Part shown: positions 30,826-40,181 of the stretch, one piece after another
How positions within the stretch are numbered: the stretch's first letter is position 1
Layout: each line of letters starts with the position of its first letter
Origin: a virus
Length of the DNA stretch: 64,000 nt
IMG/VR virus record: IMGVR_UViG_3300020452_000548
Location: 16,545 to 80,544 of that record
Direction: 5' to 3' (one strand)
Notes under the pieces: generated by a model
What the model was told of the DNA's origin: nothing
Database searches by the model: none
Seen by the model: only the letters and a program-made list of their open reading frames with translations
Translations under genes and position numbers: made by a program

Positions 30826-32360
30826 CTGACCCTTTTGACGAAGCTTGGGATGTAGCTAAGGGCAAGTTCCGAGGATATTCTCGAAACAATATTAGCGATA
30901 GAGATAGCAAGGCAAGCAAAGCCCGTGCATGGAGTCAATCACGCAAGAATAAGCGTAAAAGAACCAGTAGAAGGTATAATCGTAATAAAACAAGAGGTAA
31001 TGTGCGACCTAAGATGAGAAGGCAATTAGGGGCAGGTGGCTCAAGAGAGCAGGTGGCTAAAGCAGTAAATATTCCTGATTTGTCGAGTTTGAATCTTGGT
31101 AATATGTATGCAGGTCTTGGTGGTTCTGAGCTTACACAATATCGGCCTTTAGGCTTGGGTGGCTTCATGGGGGCAGGTAAGCAAAGAGGACACAATGTCC
31201 AGTCTTTTGACTGGGGGATGCGTGAAGATGGCATTACTGATGCCGAGCTAAAACAGAATGATCCCAACTATCACTATGACGATATTACTGAAGGTTCGGT
31301 TTCTGCATTAGCAGATAGGGTTCTTGATCGGTTTGATGGGGATTACATACACGGTCTAACTGCCGGAACACCATGCAAGGCATTCAGTATGGGTGGAGAG
31401 AATGTAGGTTGGAAATTAGAAGAGGATTCTATTCAAAGATTATGGGATAAACTCTATCCCGGTCAAGATTATCCAGAAGTTACAAGAGATATGAGAAGGA
31501 CATTCACACCTGAAGCTTTGGCGTGGAGTAGGGGTAGCATCCATAGCCCCAAAAGCATCAAAGGATACTTGAATAGCATAAGAGGTCAAGAAGGCGGTTG
31601 GGGTATGCCCACCTTTGTTCCTCGTAGTATTGATGAGATAATGTTCGATTCATTTGGTGAGCCAAGAATTAGGCACGGCAAGGAAATGACCGAGAGTGCA
31701 GCTGAAAGGATTCGTGGTAATACGCAGACTGGTGTTGATATGCTAGAGAGAACGGTTGCCCTGTATGATGAATTAAAGAGAAGAGGAAAATTGGGTTATG
31801 GATTCATTGAAAACCCAATGGGTAAAATGCGATATATGAATCAAATATCTCATTTGCCTCTCCATGCAATATCGGCCGCATCGTATAGAGAACCCGCACA
31901 TTCAAGATTATTCGGCCTACCGCCTGAACCCGATGAGTTTGATATGGGAGCTTACATGAGGCATACAAGACCGAATATGGATATTTCTGGTTTGCCACCT
32001 TTGAAGATGACTGATTTATTTGGCGATTTGCCCCCGCAAATGACATTACGGCCTTCATTGAAAACAATGAATGTGGCGGGTGATTTGTATGCTCATGGGC
32101 CGAGAGGAAGTATAGATGAATCAATACAGGGGATGAAGGGATTACCTGCTAACACATTGTTCGCAGGTTCTCCAAAAATAGATCCGTATCATGTTCGCTC
32201 AATTGCACCATTCCAATTGGGCAAGGATTTTGTTCAAGCTCTTGAGTCGGATTATGAGATACCTGCACCTATCCCTCAATATAGAAAACAATTAGACCAG
32301 AATAGAGCATTACGGGAATTAGCTGATGCTGCTCGAAACAAGACCCTGTTTGATTATTGA
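30819..32360 (+). CDS. Tagged (PFDEAWDVAK) protein: Arg/Lys-rich segment fused to a divergent C5-cytosine DNA methyltransferase domain
   Basis: Motif I-like MYAGLGG, catalytic AGTPCKAFS, motif VI FIENPMGKMR, KMTDLF, and C-terminal GPRGS...QG...RSIAP as in ENP-type viral C5 MTases. Confidence 0.7.
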   Translation: MVTDPFDEAWDVAKGKFRGYSRNNISDRDSKASKARAWSQSRKNKRKRTSRRYNRNKTRGNVRPKMRRQLGAGGSREQVAKAVNIPDLSSLNLGNMYAGLGGSELTQYRPLGLGGFMGAGKQRGHNVQSFDWGMREDGITDAELKQNDPNYHYDDITEGSVSALADRVLDRFDGDYIHGLTAGTPCKAFSMGGENVGWKLEEDSIQRLWDKLYPGQDYPEVTRDMRRTFTPEALAWSRGSIHSPKSIKGYLNSIRGQEGGWGMPTFVPRSIDEIMFDSFGEPRIRHGKEMTESAAERIRGNTQTGVDMLERTVALYDELKRRGKLGYGFIENPMGKMRYMNQISHLPLHAISAASYREPAHSRLFGLPPEPDEFDMGAYMRHTRPNMDISGLPPLKMTDLFGDLPPQMTLRPSLKTMNVAGDLYAHGPRGSIDESIQGMKGLPANTLFAGSPKIDPYHVRSIAPFQLGKDFVQALESDYEIPAPIPQYRKQLDQNRALRELADAARNKTLFDY

Positions 32361-33067
32361 TTTTCATTATCCTCAAATAATTCTGGATTCTCAATCCAAG
32401 CTTGAGGTAGGATATGGTCGTATATGTCAATTGGTATGGTTTCTAACCTTCCTGTATCGGGGTCAATTATCTTCACACGCTTCTTTCTTCGCAATTTATG
32501 ACCAAACTTAGCTACCATTTCACATTCAGCACATAGGCTCTTAGCTACGCTTCTAAATCTTTGATTGAACCATTCCTCAAACAGCTCAAAGGAATTGAAT
32601 ATCCATGAGAGATGAGGAAGCCATGTCTGCTTTACGCCATTCCACCGTATCACTTCTCTCATAGGGTATCTTCTCTTTGCGAGGCTGAAAGCTTCAGCAC
32701 CAGTCAATCCAACGGCATCCATCAAATCAATCGTCTTGAAATTGATACTGTATGCCTTTGCTAAGAGCTGGTAATCTAACTTTGTTGAGTTATATCCCAT
32801 CAATGTAGTATCTTCTGGTAGCTCTTTCAACCAATCTTCTAATTCAGATAAGCTCAGCATCTCCGACTCGTATCTCTTGTGTTTGATTGGTTTGTTCAAC
32901 ACATCTGAGAATACAAAGAAGCAATCACCACTAAAGAAAACCGCAGTATCAATGTGAAACTTGTCTAAGTTTGAGTAGTCCTTATCTGGATCTTCGCTAC
33001 TAAATATTCTGAAAGCAAGCACCTTTTCTGTATTCATCCATGTAGGTAATCTTGACCATATTCTCAT
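32354..33067 (-). CDS. Degenerate DEDD/RNase H-fold 3'-5' exonuclease-like protein
   Basis: TLMGYNSTKLDY (ExoII-like) and TIDLMD; ExoI acidic residues not evident. Confidence 0.45.
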   Translation of the reverse strand: MRIWSRLPTWMNTEKVLAFRIFSSEDPDKDYSNLDKFHIDTAVFFSGDCFFVFSDVLNKPIKHKRYESEMLSLSELEDWLKELPEDTTLMGYNSTKLDYQLLAKAYSINFKTIDLMDAVGLTGAEAFSLAKRRYPMREVIRWNGVKQTWLPHLSWIFNSFELFEEWFNQRFRSVAKSLCAECEMVAKFGHKLRRKKRVKIIDPDTGRLETIPIDIYDHILPQAWIENPELFEDNENQ

Positions 33068-33071
33068 GTTA

Positions 33072-34529
33072 TCACCAATTCATTTGGATGTATGCGACCC
33101 TACCCTTCATGTGCCTCTCGGCAGTATTGTTCTGTATATGCTTATCCAATCGCCTTTGTGCCGTCTTGACGCTCACATCGTTTAGCTGAGCATACACGGA
33201 TTCAAGCTCGGCTTTCTTAACAACTTCTCTACCAGTCTTAGGGTGAATCTCCTTAGACACTTTGTTGAATGCTTGCTTCCATGCGTGTTGCTCGGCCTGT
33301 GTCCTCTTTCGGGTCTTGACGCTTTGCTTCTGTTCCAACCAAATGATTGTGTTATACAGATTGTCATAGATAATTTCCTTAGCCATCATCACATACTCCG
33401 CAGTAATGACTGAGCTTTTCATGATTGAAGCTATGTGATTAGCCATTATTACTGTGTAATTCTCAACATTAGGTAGGAAGCTGGTTGCCGTATCTCTAAT
33501 CTCATCGTTTGATATGCCTCTTACCAAATCATAGTAGTCATCAACGGCATTTAGCAAAGCAGCGTGGTATGATGGGCCAACGCTGAATATATCGTATGCG
33601 TGTCTGATAGCAGTATCCTCACGCTCGCCATCAGATAGTGCATTCCACTCTTCCTCAGTCAAGCCCGCAGCTTTGAACAGTCTGCTTTTGACTTCATCCC
33701 TGCATTCCATGAGATACTTAGCTAAGTCCTCATACCCCCATAGCTTATCAGGAACAGGAACATAAGTGCCGGACATACGGTGTTCGCTTGTAGTCTGCCT
33801 TGTTTCCATCGTTACATCGTTTTGATAAAAGAATACACGCTGAAAGAATCCCTTCTCAAGCACATGAACCATAATGTCCTTTGGCGGGAATGTGGTCATC
33901 CACATAGAAACGCCTGATGGTGTCCTTACTGTTCCAGATACCAAGTGCTTGACCAACACATTTGTTTCTGAACCAATCGGAGCCATGGCCTGTTGTAGAT
34001 AGAGTATCTTATCTGAGAAATACGCCTTCTGGTCATTCAACAACACGCTTGCTTCATCAAAGGTCAGCGATTTGTATCCATTCAACAGACCGGGAACAAC
34101 TTCGTAATCCACTTTGCCTGTTGGCTTACCATCCTCATCATACAATGGGACTTCTTTGACCGTACCTATCATCTTAGCATCAGAACCTGAGCTGAACATT
34201 TCTGTTTCAATTTCGCATAACTTCAGTATCTTGGCAAGAAACTCATAGGCAACAGATTTACCGGATCGAGAACCTTGAACCCAATACACATGGAATCTGC
34301 AATCAACAAAAATACCGTGAATAGGTATTCTCATGTATGGGGCGCACATCAAACCCATAGTGAAAAAGAAAGACAGGATACCTGCATATTCATTGAAATA
34401 ACTAACGCTATTGAACCTGCTAAGATATTCCTTTAGAAACTTTGAACCCTCATAATCCGATGAAATTAACTTGTAATCACTCCACTTCCTTGTAGTTTGA
34501 GTTTCGTTTCGGAGTAGCATGGGAATCAC
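33072..34529 (-). CDS. AAA+ ATPase, probable MCM-like replicative helicase
   Basis: Walker A QGSRSGKS, Walker B LTFDEAS, GLL before Walker B, Arg-finger-like FFQR, C-terminal wHTH-like region. Confidence 0.6.
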   Translation of the reverse strand: MIPMLLRNETQTTRKWSDYKLISSDYEGSKFLKEYLSRFNSVSYFNEYAGILSFFFTMGLMCAPYMRIPIHGIFVDCRFHVYWVQGSRSGKSVAYEFLAKILKLCEIETEMFSSGSDAKMIGTVKEVPLYDEDGKPTGKVDYEVVPGLLNGYKSLTFDEASVLLNDQKAYFSDKILYLQQAMAPIGSETNVLVKHLVSGTVRTPSGVSMWMTTFPPKDIMVHVLEKGFFQRVFFYQNDVTMETRQTTSEHRMSGTYVPVPDKLWGYEDLAKYLMECRDEVKSRLFKAAGLTEEEWNALSDGEREDTAIRHAYDIFSVGPSYHAALLNAVDDYYDLVRGISNDEIRDTATSFLPNVENYTVIMANHIASIMKSSVITAEYVMMAKEIIYDNLYNTIIWLEQKQSVKTRKRTQAEQHAWKQAFNKVSKEIHPKTGREVVKKAELESVYAQLNDVSVKTAQRRLDKHIQNNTAERHMKGRVAYIQMNW

Positions 34530-34569
34530 TGGGAATGTTCGGTAGTATCAACTGATTATAACACCTTAC

Positions 34570-35277
34570 TCAAGACCGAGCCATTCTGACCCTTTCGCTC
34601 GCCATTTTCGTTTCGCTATTTAGAACCTCAGAAATACGGGTTGCTCGAATCTTACCTAAACCTACAATCTCCGTCAGCTCTTTGACTGATACTGAGCTAA
34701 TCTCAGCTACAGACCCAAACTTCTCAAGGAGCTTGTGAGCTATGGCTTCGCTTGCCCCCGCAGCTCGTAGTGTATCCACCCTCATATCCTCAGAAGTGGT
34801 TTTTCTTAGAACACGATATGTGGATGATGAACCAAGCGTTCCATCCTTCTCAAATCTTTTACAGATGAATCGAGCTGCCGATGATCTATCGGGCAGGGTG
34901 ATGATTTGTATGTCGTAGTCCGTGCAATACCTTGCTAAAGAGCCGACATAGCTTGACCATGCCTGTTGGTATCTGATTTTCCTACCACTCTTCATGACTT
35001 GAGTAAGATACTGGTCAAGAGTACCCCATACCAATAGTATTGCATTGTTGTAGTTATCATCCAGATTGTTGAGCTGTTGCTCAAGATGCCCACTCATCAT
35101 GCTACCCATGTAGTCATGAATGCTCTTTGCTTCTATGCCTACGCTGTTGAATGCGTAGTCAGCAATCATGTTCTGCTTAGTCTTGTGATGCAGACCATCT
35201 TTCTTGTCAATATACTTCTTCACTAAGTCCTCTAATCCAGATCGCTCTCTATTATCAATAAACAATACTTTTGTCAT
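34570..35277 (-). CDS. ERCC4/XPF-family (Hef-like) structure-specific nuclease with HhH domain
   Basis: IDNRE...ADY...IEAKSIHD nuclease motif; C-terminal LLEKFGSV...L..IVGLGKIRA. Real start is the ATG at 35277 (ATGA overlap). Confidence 0.85.
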   Translation of the reverse strand: MTKVLFIDNRERSGLEDLVKKYIDKKDGLHHKTKQNMIADYAFNSVGIEAKSIHDYMGSMMSGHLEQQLNNLDDNYNNAILLVWGTLDQYLTQVMKSGRKIRYQQAWSSYVGSLARYCTDYDIQIITLPDRSSAARFICKRFEKDGTLGSSSTYRVLRKTTSEDMRVDTLRAAGASEAIAHKLLEKFGSVAEISSVSVKELTEIVGLGKIRATRISEVLNSETKMASERVRMARS

Positions 35278-36035
35278 ACGCTCGCCCCTATTCTTTCCGC
35301 CCAGCTCAATGCAAAATTGATACAATTCCTACAACTTGACGCACAGTCTGGTAATTTGACACACTTTGATTCGTCTTTTCTTGCTCGAAAAGACCAAGCC
35401 ATAGAATCAGCAGATGCGATATATTCCTTTGACTTGACCAATCCTAACTTCTTCACACCAAATGCGTGAAGCTTCAGATTGTATTTGCCTGTTGAAAATG
35501 TCTTGAGGATATGTGAAATCTCATCGGTGTTTTGCCTTCTACATACAGAACCTATACCCACCAATGGTTCGTCTTGAAGATTCACGCCATGTTCAACATA
35601 TAGCTCAAAGCAATCTTGATACTCATTCATCTCAAAACCCTGCAAAACGGGAATAATAGGTAAATCAGGTGCAAGGCTTTTCAGCTTGAGATAATTATCA
35701 ACAGTAAGCTTTTGATGTTCCTTTACCGATAGCCCTGTTTTTTCAATCATGTGCGGTTCGCACATCCAGTCTTGAGGTGCAATAAAATCAAAGCTCAAAC
35801 CTATATCACTCATCAAACGCCTAATTCCAGCCACATATTCTTGAGGCGTTACAGTCCATTCGCCATACTTTTCCAATTCGGTGAAGCCACCGGAATCTAA
35901 GGCCAATGGTGCTTTCTGCTCAATTTTCTTCTTTCTGTTTTTGAGCCACCTGTAAGATACCATCAACGGGTGATTCGTTCTTTCAATATGTTTCAACTGC
36001 CATGTTCCAATATAAAACTCATTCAAGATTGACAC
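35274..36035 (-). CDS. tRNA-guanine transglycosylase-like / DpdA-like base-exchange enzyme
   Basis: LDSGGF, PQDWMCE, IPVLQG, VGIGSVC, LHAFGV, SADSMAW, Cys-rich C-terminus. Confidence 0.7.
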   Translation of the reverse strand: MSILNEFYIGTWQLKHIERTNHPLMVSYRWLKNRKKKIEQKAPLALDSGGFTELEKYGEWTVTPQEYVAGIRRLMSDIGLSFDFIAPQDWMCEPHMIEKTGLSVKEHQKLTVDNYLKLKSLAPDLPIIPVLQGFEMNEYQDCFELYVEHGVNLQDEPLVGIGSVCRRQNTDEISHILKTFSTGKYNLKLHAFGVKKLGLVKSKEYIASADSMAWSFRARKDESKCVKLPDCASSCRNCINFALSWAERIGASV

Positions 36036-36144
36036 CCCCGTTTTTCATTAGACAATCATAACACACCTTATGTTCTGGATCCCAAACAAGATTACGCTTC
36101 TTTTTGCATTGATGACAAGTCAGCATTTGGTATGGGTTAATCAT
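36019..36144 (-). CDS. Zn-finger microprotein (41 aa, not in ORF track)
   Basis: MINPYQMLTCHQC...VCYDCLMKNGGVNLE; ATGA overlap with the upstream gene. Confidence 0.6.
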   Translation of the reverse strand: MINPYQMLTCHQCKKKRNLVWDPEHKVCYDCLMKNGGVNLE

Positions 36145-36383
36145 CCATCCACCTTCTCTAACCAATGTTCCCATTCAGAACCGAAGCGATAGTCTGCCTT
36201 CTGATTATCACTTAGCTTATTCACGAAGGCAGCCATAGCACCACAATGAGAGCATTCCAATGTTACTAACATACCTTCGCCTTCCAACCCCATTTCCTCA
36301 AAGGGTATATCTGACTTCCACAGTAATTGTTCGCCACAAAAAATGCAAGAGCAGACACCTTGAGGCACTACAATATTACTCAT
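36141..36383 (-). CDS. Zn-ribbon protein
   Basis: CIFC...CSHC. Confidence 0.65.
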   Translation of the reverse strand: MSNIVVPQGVCSCIFCGEQLLWKSDIPFEEMGLEGEGMLVTLECSHCGAMAAFVNKLSDNQKADYRFGSEWEHWLEKVDG

Positions 36384-36708
36384 TATCCTCACCATTTATC
36401 TCAGCTACAGACATACCTGATTCATGGATTAAGAAGGCTCGATTTAGCATATCAGTAATCATATCTGCCCATTCAGGATCCATAGCTAATGCTACAACAT
36501 CTGCTTGGTCTTGACTTTGCCTCATCTGAGGGTGATGGCATATCTCAGTAACACCCGTTGATACATTCAATCTGAAAGACCAAGGCAGTATGTCTTTGAT
36601 TTCTTCCAAATCCTTTGCATATTCTTCCTCAGTCTTGTCGCCACTCTTTAGGCTCTCAAACAATTCTCTCGCTTTCTTTTTCCTTATTTCATCTATGTCG
36701 TCTGTCAT
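36376..36708 (-). CDS. Hypothetical protein
   Basis: ATG start (MTDDIDEI) just after the primase stop; fills the operon. Confidence 0.6.
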   Translation of the reverse strand: MTDDIDEIRKKKARELFESLKSGDKTEEEYAKDLEEIKDILPWSFRLNVSTGVTEICHHPQMRQSQDQADVVALAMDPEWADMITDMLNRAFLIHESGMSVAEINGEDNE

Positions 36709-36710
36709 AA

Positions 36711-37811
36711 TTATGTCCCCTTTCCATCGTAATACGGGCAACGCCCTACACATAAGCCCTCGCTGAAAAGCTTAGGGCAACTGGGAGTTTTGTAATACCT
36801 GTTAGCACCGTGAGATAACATTTGGTGCGTAACACTTGGTTTGTAATCTGACCATTCAAGTGATTTGATGAATGCGTGAGCTTTTGATACTGCCTCTTTG
36901 TTTGATATTGAGCTGGTTTCGGGTGGCCGTGCGAATCTTCTGAAGTAATCAAGCAGATACATCATGAGATACACACGGGGCTGATGTGCAGGGTTATCAC
37001 CTTTGGTGCAAGCCGCAGCGTGAAGGCAGGGTAGCATTGGTATTCCCTCTATATTCTTCATATCCACCGAAATCTCGTCAGCGTCAAACTTACCAAAGAA
37101 TCCTGTCAGTCCTGTCATACGATATTCTGGGTCATCAATTTTGATTAGCTTGAGAGGCATACCTCTCTTACCCCTAATGTGCATACCGCTTGACGGCTTC
37201 TCAGCCTTCAATATGATAGCATCCCAACCTCTTGATAATAACTCAGCAGATACTGGTATAGACCAAAGCCCCCTCTTTACATTGTATGTGTTGGGGATTC
37301 GAATATGTCTATCGGGTCTGAATGATACGACAGGATCAAGAGATACCAAATCCAAATCACGAACCCACTTATTCACAATCATCCTTCCAGAGAACAACAA
37401 CTGACTAAGCTCATCCGGTGGTAAATCGTATGTCTTGTCTAACAGAACCCAAATGTGGAATCCGCCACCGCTAAAGAATACCGTGTGCTTCCAACCGTTA
37501 TCCAATAAATGTGCAGATAGCTTCCAAGTATCCTCAGCACATCTTTCTCCAGCTTCTTCATCAGACATACCTAACTGTTCTATGGCCCTGCCTTTGTCAA
37601 GATCCACTACGAAATGAGGAACAATAGCTGTGGTATATTCGCATCTTTTACCTCCCGGCTTAGTTTCTTTGAAGGGATATACGGTCACGGTTAGGTTTGC
37701 TTTACCGTTAGTGTTTGAGATGTATCTTTGAAACTCTTTCTTGGAATGGATGACTCTCCTTACACGCATATCCACTTCTCTTGGATAACCATCGAAAACG
37801 CTACTCATCAT
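36711..37811 (-). CDS. Archaeo-eukaryotic primase, PriS catalytic domain fused to a PriL-type Fe-S domain
   Basis: VVDLD, FFSGGGFHIW, RHIRIPNTYN; C-terminal LPCL...H..R...PSC....GLC...CP. Start at 37811 after an AGGGGG ribosome-binding site. Confidence 0.85.
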   Translation of the reverse strand: MMSSVFDGYPREVDMRVRRVIHSKKEFQRYISNTNGKANLTVTVYPFKETKPGGKRCEYTTAIVPHFVVDLDKGRAIEQLGMSDEEAGERCAEDTWKLSAHLLDNGWKHTVFFSGGGFHIWVLLDKTYDLPPDELSQLLFSGRMIVNKWVRDLDLVSLDPVVSFRPDRHIRIPNTYNVKRGLWSIPVSAELLSRGWDAIILKAEKPSSGMHIRGKRGMPLKLIKIDDPEYRMTGLTGFFGKFDADEISVDMKNIEGIPMLPCLHAAACTKGDNPAHQPRVYLMMYLLDYFRRFARPPETSSISNKEAVSKAHAFIKSLEWSDYKPSVTHQMLSHGANRYYKTPSCPKLFSEGLCVGRCPYYDGKGT

Positions 37812-37923
37812 CTGCCCCCTTCTTACAAGTACAGGCTGCAAATAACATCTGTTTGAGCTTTGAACGCTGAAGGTTAGCCTCATTTGAGTATTGAGAATGA
37901 TATGGGCAATTAGGGTCTGACAT
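37801..37923 (-). CDS. Cys/His microprotein (40 aa, not in ORF track)
   Basis: MSDPNCPYH...ACTCKKGADDE; starts immediately after the nuclease stop and overlaps the primase start. Confidence 0.45.
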   Translation of the reverse strand: MSDPNCPYHSQYSNEANLQRSKLKQMLFAACTCKKGADDE

Positions 37924-38886
37924 TTACTCATCCTCCCAAGGTATTGCTGTTGCACCATATCGTGGGCAGAACGCCTTGACCCTGCACCATGGCTCACAAA
38001 TGTATGGAACAGCACCTAACGGCTTCAATAGAAAGCTATCTCCGTTATAGCTACCGTCATACCCTTGATGTGATTTGATTAAATCGCTAATGTCCTTCTT
38101 CATTAGAGCTATTTCTGGTGACTTTACGGTTTCAATGACTCTAAACACACGGTCATCGTATTCTTCAAACAAACCACCTGTATGATCCCACCCCCAGTAT
38201 GATGTATTCACGCCTTTCAACTTGGGATGGTCGCAGATAGTAAGAAGATAGACATAGAACGCCATCTCCTTACGCATTGATTCCCATTTGCTTTTCTTAT
38301 CCTTGAATACACCCGTTTTCAATTCATGAAGATGAATAGCTCCATCCTCATCCATGAACATCCTATCTATTATCCCGGTAAGATGTACCTTTTGACCGTC
38401 TATCTCAACCAAAGCATTCAATGTAATTTCATTACCGACTGGTTTGAAATATTCAGGGTTGCTAACCATGAATCTCTTAGCTTCAGCGACAAAGAGCTTG
38501 TCGAGATGTTCTTGCTCTCCTAGCTCAAAGACACCCCTCTTAGGACTGGAATTAGGTATGAATGTTCGAAAGTGCTTGAGGACTTTTTCATAGCCGTGCT
38601 TCTTTAGAGCAACGGCATCTTCAATATCAAGGTCGTTGTAAAAGTCCTCAGTAGCATCATGCACATTACTTCCCCGTATCATAGCTTCAGTTTCTGGTTC
38701 TTTGACACCAAGAACCCGCTTGATGAAGTATTGTTGTTGGCAGAAGCTGTAATCGCCTACTGATGACTTAGACATTCTGAGTATAACATTCTCCGGCATA
38801 CCGGGATGATATTGGTAGCTGGATTCTAAATCAGGATGACCCGGCACGGGATATGATCGTGCAGGTCTGATTTCCATTCCTCTCAC
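37924..38886 (-). CDS. Cas4/RecB-like PD-(D/E)xK exonuclease with Fe-S cysteines
   Basis: SKSS...CQQQY, RGSNVH, GIIDRM, HELKTG, C-terminal CEPWC...FCP. Confidence 0.85.
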   Translation of the reverse strand: MRGMEIRPARSYPVPGHPDLESSYQYHPGMPENVILRMSKSSVGDYSFCQQQYFIKRVLGVKEPETEAMIRGSNVHDATEDFYNDLDIEDAVALKKHGYEKVLKHFRTFIPNSSPKRGVFELGEQEHLDKLFVAEAKRFMVSNPEYFKPVGNEITLNALVEIDGQKVHLTGIIDRMFMDEDGAIHLHELKTGVFKDKKSKWESMRKEMAFYVYLLTICDHPKLKGVNTSYWGWDHTGGLFEEYDDRVFRVIETVKSPEIALMKKDISDLIKSHQGYDGSYNGDSFLLKPLGAVPYICEPWCRVKAFCPRYGATAIPWEDE

Positions 38887-40181
38887 TCCGATGAATCCTT
38901 TACATCATCGGGGTGTGAAAACGAACCATCTCTTAATCCCGGCCAACCATACCATGCTGAACCTGCGGGATCTCTTCTGAATATCTTGACCCTGCCTGTT
39001 GCATACAAGCTCGCTCTATTCTCAACAAGAGTAGCAAAGGACTCACTAACGCCTGTTAGCTTACCTGTCGCATCTCTTTCTTGAACCACTTCACCGACTA
39101 CTAATTGTTGCAGCTTACCTTCTGTTCCGTCTAACCAAGCAGGTACTTCGCCACCTACAACGACATTACCATCGCCATCGTAGTTTTTCTTCATGTGAGT
39201 TAGAAGATAGACATGAACGCCTCTTCGAGATAACTCTTGAAGTGCCGTAATAGCTGAATAATATCTCACCTTTCTGATGTTCCAATTGAATCTACCTGAG
39301 CCAAGAAGCTCTTTGTGAGGCTTACCCGATACAGATATTCCATCAACACCTAATCCCAAATCCTCAACCTTCATGAGAGTTTCACAGATGTTTAACCATT
39401 GGTCTGCACCGTCAAAAACTACGGTCTTGAGATAAGGACTGGGCATACGGCCATGCTGTCTAAAATATTCATTCTGCTTATCTGCCATTTCTATCTGCGC
39501 TCTTAGAATATCCATGACCTTCTGATATGTTGCAGGGAAATCGTAAGGTATTCTGCTTGTACTGTCGGGGTCAATAACCCAAGGGTCTAGCACAACAATG
39601 TTAGCTGAGCCACCATGATGAGCTGACTTGGTTGTTTCACCCGCAGTATCAAAATCATGTAAATGAACCTCAGCACCATTGGCTTTTTCTTCATCAGTCA
39701 ATGAATCAAGAGCCGAACCAGTCTTACCCGATTTGGGTGGTGCAGCCCAACCAACAAACACAGGTGGCTTGTTAGATAGGTGTGCTATGTTTCTCGCACC
39801 TTTGATTTGATTCCATGCAGGGTTGCTACTGTGAGTCATCCAATTCTTCTGGGCCTGTGCAGGTTTAGTCTGCTTAACTACAACAGGTTCTGGATCAGCT
39901 TTGGCGATTTGCGGAGCTACGGGTGGCGTAGGTGTTGATGCACCTGTGGCCTTCTTGTATTCCTCTTCAAGAGCTTCCATCTCATCCAACATCTCATCAG
40001 GCATACCATCCTTTAGCTCGGATACGAAATCATTCGTAGGAGCTTCTGGTACATTACCCTCAAACCCCGAAGGGAGATTGAAGGACTGGGTAGGTGTTTT
40101 TGATGGCTTCTTCTCGATTGCGCCCTTTTCTGAGCTGGTATCAATCGGTTCAAAACTCTCAAAGAATCCTGTTCCACTCAC
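38883..40181 (-). CDS. RecA-fold / Sak4-like (AAA_24-type) ATPase with a disordered N-terminus
   Basis: Walker A APPKSGKT, Walker B VVFDGAD, YLLTH; adjacent to the Cas4-like nuclease. Probable GTG start at 40181. Confidence 0.7.
   Translation of the reverse strand: MSGTGFFESFEPIDTSSEKGAIEKKPSKTPTQSFNLPSGFEGNVPEAPTNDFVSELKDGMPDEMLDEMEALEEEYKKATGASTPTPPVAPQIAKADPEPVVVKQTKPAQAQKNWMTHSSNPAWNQIKGARNIAHLSNKPPVFVGWAAPPKSGKTGSALDSLTDEEKANGAEVHLHDFDTAGETTKSAHHGGSANIVVLDPWVIDPDSTSRIPYDFPATYQKVMDILRAQIEMADKQNEYFRQHGRMPSPYLKTVVFDGADQWLNICETLMKVEDLGLGVDGISVSGKPHKELLGSGRFNWNIRKVRYYSAITALQELSRRGVHVYLLTHMKKNYDGDGNVVVGGEVPAWLDGTEGKLQQLVVGEVVQERDATGKLTGVSESFATLVENRASLYATGRVKIFRRDPAGSAWYGWPGLRDGSFSHPDDVKDSSE

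Noticed and set aside
37812-38015. 68-aa N-terminal extension of the primase given by the ORF track
   Set aside because: It overlaps the Cas4-like gene and a coupled microprotein. A ribosome-binding site supports the start at 37811.
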